The position numbers and the translations under genes are program-made. Below are positions 1-12,100 of a stretch of 64,000 nucleotides of DNA, in pieces. Below the pieces are notes generated by a model. The model saw nothing but the letters and a program-made list of their open reading frames with translations, made no database searches and was not told where the DNA came from. Numbering within the stretch: position 1 is the first letter of the stretch; each line of letters begins with the position of its first letter. The stretch is from positions 16,058,001-16,122,000 of the forward strand of contig JAGIQG010000019.1 of assembly GCA_024679065.1 (NCBI GenBank), written 5' to 3'. The DNA comes from Sphyrna mokarran (taxonomy: Eukaryota).

Positions 1-68
1 AGAATATTTATGGGTCATGTTTGATCCTTACTGAGGTGCAAGCAATATCAAATGTCTGTGCTGTTTAG

Positions 69-125
69 GGTCAACAAGAACTGCAGGAACTGAAGGACCA
101 ACCACTTCAGAGACCACCATCAGTG
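69..125 (+). CDS. Exon type A (57 nt)
   Basis: tttag|..|gtgag; GSTRTAGTEGPTTSETTIS. Confidence 0.8.
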
Positions 126-3100
126 GTGAGTTTCTGTTTTATCAAACTCACCACCTGAAATTAATTTGTGTGCTTTATGGACTCATCTTGTTTCATAGTA
201 TCTCTGTTCCCTGGGCCCAATGGGAATGACTGTGACAGGTACACTTCCTGTTTCTAAGAGCAGTGTTACTGGTGAACTGGGCTTCTTCTGTTAGTGTTGT
301 ATTATTTGTGATTTTTAATCCTACCCGAGGCCTACAGTTATATTGGATCTGCAGCAGATAGCAGAACAGTCACGCGGATAGTTTCTGAACCTGTGATTTA
401 AGGACGATTGAATGTATTCTCGGTGTCATACAATGTTTGCGATGCCAAGGTGTCCCAGCTAAGGAATATGTTGTTAGTGTGTCATTGCAGTTCACTCTAT
501 TTTTAGTCCATTCAGATGGAAGGCTTTGAATGTATATCAGTTGAGATGTTCCATACTGCTTTTCGTGAGCATCTTCTTCATTGTTTATGTATTGGCTTGT
601 GTTGAAATTGTCAACAGATAGAAATTAATGATTGGTTTATTTGTACACATTTGCTTCTCAGTGTAGAAACTGTAAAGACATGCATGTTGGTGTTTCACTT
701 GTCTGTTAATTGATGCATATTCATGTTGACACTGAAGGTGCTCTTCAGTGAGTGGAAATTGGAATAATAAATGCTACCTGATAGAGTAGATGTCTTGTAT
801 TTCAATTATAATGTTTGAAAGTGGGCAGTGTTATTGAATGTGATTATTGATCATAATGTACGTTGTGTCCATGATGTTTATGAATTGAAACGGTAAGTAA
901 GGCAGACTGTCCAAACTTTAATGAGCACTGGAAGATCCTGGTTTTGACATTCTGCATTGCATTTTGGAAGCATATATTGAAATTTAAAATTTAACATTTT
1001 CATTTGTATTTTGAAGACTTGGTGTTTGGTGCTATTGATTTTAGATTGCTAAATGCATTTATTCACATGAACGATGATTGGTAAGGCATTTGGTGATTTG
1101 AGATGTACAGTAATGCATGGTTTATCAGTGATCTGCTGGAAAGCTCCTCATTTGTAGCCTAGCCGAAGGACAGCATGTTTAATTTTGATTCGGCAGTATG
1201 ATAGACCTGATGAAATTTATGTGCAGGCATAATTATTCCTTCCAACAGAATAAATTCAAAGCAGTAAATTTCAATATTGTAATGAATTCCTGATCAGAAA
1301 TGCCATTTGTTCAGTGGGATTTTTGAAAGACAAACTTTATTCTTTGGAAAACAACTGATTTAATCAGCTTTGAAATTTCACTTTTACTGGCAAATAACAT
1401 CCAAATCATTTTGGGAAAATTTAATGCTATGTTTGCTGACTCCATGTTGAATTTTTTTGTAATTACCTGAAAAGTTAGCTGGTTTTTGAACACATTTTGG
1501 TCGACTAACTGTTCTGAATGATAAGAGCTGCGTTATTGGAAGAGAATGATTAACTGTGTAGTTTGTGAATGGAGATTTTCCTCTTTTCCTTCCCAATGTG
1601 GAGCCATTTACCACTTGAGGCTTTGATTGATGTAATGATGCTAAGATGAATAAGAAATCTCGGAAAACAATTGCAGCGGTAATGAGTAAATATTCTGTAC
1701 AAATTCTGCTTCTCTTTAGGGCCAACACCATTCAGCGGAACAGGAAGACCTACAACTTCAGAGACTACTATCAGTGGTGAGTATTATCTTTAGCATCTTC
1801 GTCATCTGAAATTAATTGATTTGTTTGGTAGATTAATATTGTTGCAAATTTGCCTCACTATATAGGGCCAATAGCAATGACTTCATCAGGTGTACCAACT
1901 GTTCCTGAAACAGCAATTACTGGTGAGTAGATCTCCTTAAACATTACAACGTGCTATTAATTTAGAGCTTTTTGTAATTTAATACTCTGCAGCACTTTTT
2001 CTCTTATTTTGGGCCAGCATCAATTAGGATGATAGTAAATCCCATCGTTTCTGAAACGAAGAGTAATGATGTATGTATTCATTCACGTTGTCACAATATT
2101 TCAAAACCTTGAATAATTGGCTTTGACAAACAAACATCATTTGAAACTTGTGAAATTTAGTATTGTGTTGCTGACAGCAGGTCAATGATATTGTTGTTCT
2201 TCAGGCATCACGACTGAGGAACTGTTCTGAAGTGAAATCTCAGAATTTGAGTGAGAGAATTATTGCTGATCTGCGAGATAATTTTTGGGACATATTTAAC
2301 CTTACTGAGGTGCAAGCAATACTGATTAAGAATTTGACTAAGATAATATTTGCTTATAACCAAACATTTCCTTGGAAATGAATTGCAGTCGTAGTGAATA
2401 AATACTCTGTCCAAAATCTGTGCTGTTTAGGACCAACAAGAACTGCAGGAACTGGAGGACCAACCACTTCAGAGACCACCGTCAGTGGTGAGTTTTGGTT
2501 TTATTGTAACTGTCACATTAAATCAATTTGTGTGCTTCATGGACTAATGTTGTTTCATCTTATCCCTGCTCCCTAGTGCCAATGGCAATGACTGCAACTG
2601 GTACACTCCCTGTTTCTGAGAGCAGAGTTACTGGTGAGCAGAGCTTCTTTCATGTTATAAGCTGCTATTAGTTTTGTGCTATTTTTGATTTTTTTTTAAC
2701 CCTACCCTACCTAGGTCTATAGTTATGTTTGACCTGAATGAGGTAGCATGGCAATCAGTCAGTCAGTTTCCAAAAATGTGACTAACAATGATTGAATGTA
2801 TTCTTAGTGTCATACGATGTTTGCGATGCCAAGATGTCCCTAGCAAGGGACATGTTGTTGGTATGCCATTGCAATTCCTATATTTTCAGTCCATTCAGGT
2901 GGTTTGAATGTGTGCCAGTTGAATTGTTCCATATTGCTTTTGGTCAGCATATTTTTGTTTGAATATGCTTGTTTTTGTCCTGATGGTAAAATAGCTAACT
3001 AATTCCTATCTGTTATTCCTCTATTTCAGTTTTTCTACACATTTGCTTCTCGATGCAGAAGCTGTAAAGACATGCACTTTGGTGTTTTACTTGTCTCACT

Positions 3101-6100
3101 GTTATACGATGTATAGCCATGTTGAGATGAAAGGGCTTTTCATTGAAGGAAAATTGGCGTATTAAGTGCTACCTGACACAGTATTATCAATTATAATATT
3201 CAGAAGAGGGTAGTGTTATTGAATATGATTATTAATGGTAATGCAAATTGTGTGGCATGCTCCAAAGTCAACTTGAGACCATGAATTGCAGTATCTGTGA
3301 ATTTCAAAAATAAGGAAGACTTTTCAAACATTAATGAGCACTGTGATATCTGGTCTTGACACTCTGCATTTCTGTTTTAGAAGCGTATATTGAAATTTAA
3401 AATTTGATATATTTACATTTGCATTTTGAAGAGTTGGATTTTGGTGCTATTGACTTTAGATGGCTAAATCCATTTATTTGGATCAGTGATGATTAGAAAG
3501 GGATGAGGAAATTTGAGATGTACAATAATGCATGGTTTGTTTGTGACCAAAAGGTTGAATGGAAAGCATTTGTAGATTTGCAGAATGACAGAGTCTTTTG
3601 TTTTGGTTCAGCAGTGTGACAAACCTTGGTGCTGAAATTTATATGCAGACAGATATCATAATTATTCCTTCCAACAGAATAAATTCAAAGCCGTAAATTT
3701 CAATATCATAATGAATTCTTGATCAGAAATGCCATTTTTTCCGTGTGATTTTTGAAAGACAAACTTTATTCTTTGGAAAACAAATGATTTAGTCAGCTTT
3801 AAAATTTCATTTTCACTGGCAAATAATATCCAAATATTTTTGAGAAAATTCGTGCCACATTTGCTGTCCCCATGTTGAATTTTTTTGTAATTGCCTGAAA
3901 AGTAGCTATTTACCATTCAGAACAGTTCCAATGAAAATTGGAATGGATTATTTATGTATTACTACTGCAATTCATTTCCAAGGAAATGTTTAGTTATAAG
4001 TTTCATTATCTGAGTCAAATTCTTAACCAGGAATTGCTGGCACCTCAGTAAGGATCAAACATGATCCATAAACTATCTCGCATATCAGCAATAATTCCCT
4101 CACTCAAATGCTAGGTTTCCCTTCAGAACAGTTTTTCAGTCATGTTGCCTGAGGGAATAACAATATTATTGACCTGCTCTCAGTAACACAACATTAAATT
4201 TCATAAGTTTCTAATGTTGTTTGCTTGTGAAAGCTAATTATTTAAGGCTCTGAGATATTATTGTAACAATGAGAAGTTACATCCATCTTTCTTTCAGAAA
4301 CTATGGGATTTACTATCATCCTAGTTGGTCGAGGAACTATTCCAAATGGTAAGCGCAGCATGTGTGGAAGGGAATGATTAATTTTATAGCTTGCTCATGG
4401 ACATCTTTCTTTTTCCTTCACAATGTGGAATGATTTGCCACTAGAGGCTTTGACTGACATAAAAATGCTAAGATGAATAAAAAATCTTGGGGAACAATTG
4501 CAGCAATAATGAATAAATATTCTGTACAAATTCTGCTTCTCTTTAGGAACGACACCATTCACAGGAACTGGAAGACCTACAACTTTAAGGACTGCTGTTA
4601 GTGGTGAGTCTTGTTTTTGGCACCCTCATCCCCTGCAATTAATTTACTTGATGGGTAGATCAATATTACATAGGGTGAACAGCAATGACTCCATCAGGTG
4701 TGCCAACTATTTCCGTGACAGCAATTACTGGTGAGTAGATCTCTTTATACATTATAACCCGATATTCATGTTGGGGAATTTATAATTTAATACTCTGCAG
4801 CTTTTTTTCTGATACCTTGGACCAGCACCAACTAGGATGATAGTAAATCCCATAGTTTCTGAAAGAAAGATGGATGTAACTTCTCATTGTTACAATAATA
4901 TCTCAGAATTGAAAAAAAAGGCAGTTGTCCAAACTTGAATGAGCAATCAGAGATCCTGATTTTGACATTCTGCATTGCTGTTTTGGAAGCGTATATTGAC
5001 ATTTAAAATTTAATATATTTACATTTGCATTTTGAAGAGCTAGTATTTTGGTGCTATTGACTTCAGATCATTAAATCCATTTATTCACATGAATGATCAT
5101 CAATCAATGCACCCTACAGTGCAGAAAGAGGCCCTTCTGCTCATTGAGTCTGCACCGAACTCACTCCCACCCAGACCCTACCCCCGTATCCTTACATGAA
5201 TCCTTCTAACCTACACATCCCTGGCCATTAAGAACTATTTCTTAGCATGGTCAATCAACCTAACCCGCACATCTTTGATCTGTGGGAGGAAACCGGAGCA
5301 CCCAGAGGAAACCCATGAATTGATAAGGTATCAGGAGGTTTGAAATGTGCAATAATGCATGGTTTGTCTGTGACCAAATGGCTGAGTTGGAAGCACCTCT
5401 TTGTAGACTTGCAAAATGACAGACTGTTTTTATTTTAGTTTGGCAGTATGGATAAACTTTGCTGTTGAAATGTATGTGCTGATAGACAAATAATTATTCC
5501 CTCCAACAGAATAAATTCAAAGCAGTAAATTTTAATATCGTAATGAATTCGTGATCGGAAACGCCAGTGAGATTTTTGAAAGACATACTTATTCTTTAGA
5601 AAATAAATATTTAGCCACTGTTAAAATTTCGTTTTTACTAGCAAATATTCTCTAAATAATTTTGGGAAAATTTAGTGCCATATTTGCTGACCCCATGTTG
5701 AGTTTTTGTAGTTGCCTGAAAAGAATGTGCTTTTTGGAGGCAACTTGGTTGAGGACCTGTTCTGAATGTTAAGTGTTGCTTTTGTGGAGGAGAATGATTA
5801 GTTTGCCGACTGATATTTTCCTTTTTCCTTTGCAACGTGGAAGCATTTGTCACTTGAGGCTTTGACTGACATAATGATGCTAAGATGAATTAAAAATCTT
5901 GGCAAGCAATTTCACTGTTAATGAATAAATATTTTGTACAAATTCTGCTTCTCTTTAGGGCCAACACCATTCACAGGAACTGGAAGACCTACAACTTCAG
6001 AGACTACCGTCAGTGGTGAGGATTGTTTTTAGCATCCTCATCATTTGAAATTAATTGATTTGATTGGTGGATTAATATTGTTTCAAATTTGCTTGATTAC

Positions 6101-9100
6101 ATAGGGCCAACAGCAATGGCTCCATCAGGTGTACCAAGTATTCCCAAGACAACAATTACTGGTGAATAGATTTCCTTACACATTAGAATCTGATGATAAT
6201 TTTGAGCAATTTATAATTTAATAACCTCCAGCATTTTTTCTGTTAACTTGGACCAGTAATAACTCGGATGATAGTAACTACCATTGTTTATGACACTGGG
6301 TGTAATGATGAGTTTATTAGTTCACATTGTCACAATAATCTTTCCAAATCTTGAATAATTAGCTTTCACAAGCAAACAACATTTGAAACTCGTGACATTT
6401 AACATTGTGTTGCTGAGAGCAGGTCAATGATATTGTTATTCCTTCAGTCAATCTACTTGAGGAACTGTTCTGAATTGCAGCAGTATTGAATAAGTATTCT
6501 GTTCAAATTCCGTTTTTAGGGCCGACACCATTCATAGGAACTGGAAGACCTACAACTTCAGAGACAACCGTCAGTGGTGAGTGTTGTTTTTGACATTCTC
6601 ATCAACTGAAATTAATTCTTTGATGGATAAATTAATATTGTTTCAAATTTGCTCAATAATATAGGTCCAACAGCAATGACTCCATCAGGTGTACCAACTG
6701 TTCCCAAGACAGGAATTACTGGTGAGTAGATCTCCTTGCACATTAAAACCTTAATTTTGAGCTTTTTGTATTTAATACTCTGCAGCACTTTTTCTGTTAA
6801 CTTGGACCAGCAGCATCTCAGATGATAACAACACCATTGTTTCTGACACTGAGATAATGATGGATATATTAATTGACATTGTCACAATAATGTTTCAGAA
6901 TCTTGAATAATTAACTTTGACGAGCAAACACCATTTAAAACTTGTGAAATTTAACGTTGTGTTGCTGAGAGCAGATCAATGATATTGTTATTCCTTCAGT
7001 CAACATACCTGAGGAACTATTCTGAAGGGAAACCCCAGAATTTGGGTGAGGGAATTATTGCTGATCTCGAAAGTTTATGGGTCACGTTTGATCTTTGCTG
7101 AGATGCAAGCAACACCTGGTTAAGAATTTACTAAGATAATGATGCTTATAATTCAACATTTCCTTGGAAATGAATAGCAGTAGTAGTGAATAAATATTCT
7201 GTCCAAATGTTTGTGCTGTTTAGGGCCAACACGAGCTGGAGGACCAACCACTTCAGAGACCACCATCAGTGGTGAGTTTCAGTTTATTGTACTCACTACA
7301 CGAAATTAATTTGTGTGCTTCATGGGCTCATCTTGTTTCCTATTATCTGCTCCCTAGGCCCAATGGGAATGACTGTGACAGGTACACTTCCCGTTTCTGA
7401 GAGCAGAATTACTGGTGAGCAAAACTTCTTTCATGTTAAAAAATGCTGTTAGTTTTGTGCTAGTTGTGCTTTTTAACTCTACCACAGGTCTATAGTTACA
7501 TTGGACGCACCAGGGAACAGGACAGTCACTCAGATAACTTCTGAACCTGTGATTAACAATGATTGAATGTATTCTCAGTGCCATGCAATGTTTGCGATGC
7601 CATAGTGTCTCAGGCAAGGGATATGTTATTGGTGTGCCATTACAGTTCACTGTATTTTCAGTCCATTCAGATGGAAGGTTTTGAATGTGTACCTGTTGAG
7701 TTATTTCATATTGCATTTGATGAGCATCTTCTTGTTTGAAAGTGCTTGTTTTTGCTTTGTGCTGAATGTAAAATGTTCAACAGATAAGAATTAGTGATTG
7801 CTTTATTTCAGTTTTTGTACACATTTGCTTCTCAGTGCAGAAACTGTAAAGACATGCATGTTGGTGTTTCACTTGCCTGCTAATAGATGCATCTTCATGT
7901 TGATACTGAAGGAGCTTTCCACTGAATGGAAATTGGAATAATAAATGCTACCTAATAGAGTAGATGACTTGCATTATCAATTATGATGTTTGAAAGAGAG
8001 CAGTGTATTTGAATAAGACAATTGATCACAATGTAAATTGTGTCTATAAAGTCTGCTTGAGACAATGAATGGCAGCATTTATGAATTTAAAAAGATAGTA
8101 AGAAATAAGGTATACTGTCCAAACTTTAGTGAGCAGTGGAAGATTGTGGTTTTGACTTTATGCATTGCTCTTCTGGAAGCATATATTGAAGTATGAAATT
8201 TAACATATTTTCATTTCCGTTTTGAAGAGCTAGGATTTTGGTGCTATTGATTTATAGTCGCTAAATACATTTATTCACATGAACGATGGTTGGTAAGACA
8301 TCCGGAGATTTGAGATGTACAATAATGCATGGTTTATCAGTGACAGAAAAGTCTACTGGAAAGCCCTTATTTGTAGCCTTGCAGAACGACAGGATCTTTT
8401 ATTTAATTTGGCCGTATGCTTGTGAAATTTATATGCAGATAGACAGACGCAATTATTCCTTCCAGCAGAATAAATTTCAAGCAGTAAATTTCAATATCAT
8501 AATGAATTCTTGATCAGAAATGCCACTTGTTTAGTGGGATATTTGAAAGATACACTTTATTCTTTGGAAAACAAATGATTTAGTCAACTTCGGAATTTCA
8601 CTTTTAATAGCAAATAACATCCAAATCATTTTGAGCAAATTTAATGCTATATTTGCTGAGTTCATGTTGATTTTTTTTGTAATTATTTGAAAAGTAGCTG
8701 GTTTTTGAAAGCAACTTGGTCGAGTAACTGTTCTGAATTGTAAGCGCTGCATTTGTGGAAGGGAATGATTAACTTTGTAGTTAGTGGGAAGGAGGAAAGG
8801 AAAATATCCATTCAATGTGGAGCCATTTGCCACTTGAGGTTTTGAATGACAGAATGATGCTCAGATGAATAAAAAGTCTTGGGTAAAGTTGCAGCAGTAA
8901 TGAATAAATATTGTGTACAAATTCTTCTGCTTCTCCTTAGGGCCGACACCATTCAGACGAATTGGAAGACCTACAACTTCAGAGACTACAGTCACTGGTG
9001 AGTATTTTTTTTGGCATCTTCGTTACCAGAAATTAATATATTTGGTGGGTAGATTAATATTTTTTCGAATTTGCTCCACTCCTTAGGGCCAACAGCAAAG

Positions 9101-12100
9101 ACTTCATCAGGTGCCCCAATTGTTCCTGAGACAGCAATTACTGGTGAGTAGATCTTCTTACACATTAGAAACTCATTAATTTTGAGCTATTTGTAACTTA
9201 ATGCTTTTCAGCAGTTTTTCTCTTACCTTGGACCAGCATTAAATACAATGATAGTAAATCCTGTTGTTTCTGAAACGAAGAGTAATGATGTATGTATTCA
9301 TTCACATTGTCACAATAATATTTCAAAACCTTGAATAATTTAGCTTTCACAAGCAAACAACATTTGGAACTTGTGAAATTTAATATTGTGTTGCTGAGAG
9401 CAAGTCAATTATATTGTTATTCCTTCAGGTAACATGCCTGAGAAATTGTTTTAAGGGAAACCTCAGAATTTGAGTGAGAGTATTATTGCTGAACTGCGCG
9501 ATAGTTTATGGGTCAGGTTTGATATTTACTGAGGCACAAGCAATACCTGGTTAAGAATTTGTGTCAGATTCGAAATGAATTGCAGTAGTAGTGAATAAAT
9601 ACTCTGTCCAAATGTCTGTGTTGTTTAGGGCCAACAAGAATTGCAGGAAGTGAAGGACCAATCACTTCAGAGACCACCGTCATGGGTGAGTTTCGGTTTT
9701 ATCGTGCGTGCCACATCCAATTAAATTGTGTGCTTTGTGGACTAATGTTGTTTCATCTTATCCTTGCTCCCTAGGGCCCGTGGCAATGACTGTGACAGGT
9801 ACGCTTCCCATTTCTGAGAGCAGAATTACTGGTGAGCGGAGCTGCTTTCATGTTACAAGCTGCTGTTAGTTTTGTGCTATTTGTGAATTTTAATGCTACC
9901 GTAGGTGTATAGTTTCATTGGACCTGCATCCGGTCCACTCAGTGGACAGTCACTCAGTTTCTGAAGATGTAGCTAACAATGATTGAATGTATTCTCAGTG
10001 TCGTACGATGTTTGCAATGCCAAAGTGTCCCAGGCAAGGGACGTGTTGTTGGTGCGCTGTTGCGGTTCACTGTATTTTCAGTCCATTCAGTGGAAGGGTT
10101 TGAATGTGTACCAGTTGAGTTGTTCTATACTGCTTTCAGTAAGCATCTTTTTGTTTCAATGTGCTTGTTTTTGCTTTGTCCTGACGGTAAAATGGTTAAC
10201 AGATAGGAATTAGTGATTTTTGTACTTCACGTTTGCTTCTCAGTGCAGAAGCTGTAAAGACATGCATTTTGGTGGTTCACATGCTGCATTTCTAAATGAC
10301 GTATATTCATGTGGAGACAAAAGAGGTTTTCATTGAATGGAAATTGGAACAGTAAATGCTACATGCCACAGTAGATGTGTTGCATTATCAATTATAACAT
10401 TCAGAAGAGGATGTTGTTATTGAATATGCTTATTAATGATAATGCAGGATTTGCAGCATGCCTTTGAAGTCAACTTGAAACCATGAGTTGCAACATTTGT
10501 GAATTTGAAAAGATAGTACAAAGAAAGATTTTCCAAATATTAATGAGCACTGGTAGATCCTGGTTTTGACATTCTGCATTGCTGTTTTAGAGCCTTGTAT
10601 TGAAATTTAAAATTTGATGTATTTATATTTGCATTTTGAAGAGCACCAACTTGAATGATAGTAACTCCCATTGTTTCTGAAATGAAAATGGGTGTATTTT
10701 TTCATTGTCACAATAATATTTCAGAGCCTGAAAGAATTAGCTTTCACAAGGAAACAACATTGGAAACTTGTGAAATTTAATGCTGTGTTGCTAACAGCAG
10801 GTCAATGATATTGTTGCCTGGTTGAAGGATTGTTGTGAAGGGAAACCTCAGAATTGGAGTGAGGGAATTATTGCTAATATGCGAGATAATTTATGGATCG
10901 TGTTTGAGTCTGACTGAGGTGCCAGCAATTCCTGGTTAAGTATTTGACTAAGGTATTGGTGCTATTAACTTTAGATCGCCAAATCCATTTCCTCACGAGT
11001 GATGATTGGTAAGGGATCAAGAGATTTGAAATGTACAATAATGCATGGTTTGTTTGTGACAGAAAGGCTGAATGGAAAACACCTCATTTGTCGATTTGCA
11101 CAATGACATAGTCTTTTATTTTGGTTTGGCAGTGTGATAGGTCTTGCTGGTGAAATTTATATGCAGACATACAGACATAATTTTTCTCTCCAACAAAATA
11201 AATTCAAGGCTGTAAATTTTAATATCATAATGAATTCTTGATCGGAAATGCCACTCGTTCAGTGGGGTTTTTGAATGATACACTTTATTCTTTGGAAAAC
11301 AAATGATTTACTCAGGTGTAAAATTTAATTTTTACTGGCAAATAACATCCAAATCATTTTGAGAAAATTTATTGCTACATTTGCTGACTCCGTGTTGAAT
11401 TTTGTGTAATTACCTAAAAAGTAACTGGTTTTTGAAGGCAACTTGGTTGAGGATCTGTTCTGAATGACAAGTGCTGCATTTATGGATGGGGATGATTTAA
11501 TTTTCTAATTTGCCTGTGGATATTTTCCTTTTTCCTTTGCAATGTGGAACCATTTGTCCCTCAAGGCTTTGACTGACATAATGATGTGAAGAAGAACAAA
11601 AAGGCTTGGGAAACAATTGCAGCAGTATTGAATAAATATTCTGTACAAATTCCATTTTTCATTAGGGCCGTTCATAGGAACTAAAAGACCTACAACTTCA
11701 GAGACCACCATCAGTGGTGAGTATTTTCTTTGTCATTTACATGAGCTGAAATTAATATTTGATGGATAGATTAATATTGTCTCAAATTTGCTCCTCTACT
11801 TAGGGCCAACAGCAATGATTCCGTCAGGTGTACCAACTGTTCCCGAGACAGCAATTACTGGTGAGTAGATCTCCTTGCACATCAAAACCTGATATTAATT
11901 TTGAGCAATTTGTAATTTAATACTCTGCAGCATTTCTTCTGTTAACTTGGACTACCAACAACTCGGATGATAGTAACTCGCATTGATTCTGCCACTGGGA
12001 GTAACGATGGGTGTATTTAATATTTTAGAATCTTGAATAACTAGTTTTCACAAGCAAACATCATTTGAAGCTTGTGAAATTCATCATTGTGTTGCTGAGG

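Noticed and set aside
4674-4730. TGA as selenocysteine or as the true end of the gene
   Set aside because: It is a single-copy change at a Pro codon in an exon with a damaged acceptor region, I saw no SECIS evidence, and about 70 intact exons follow.
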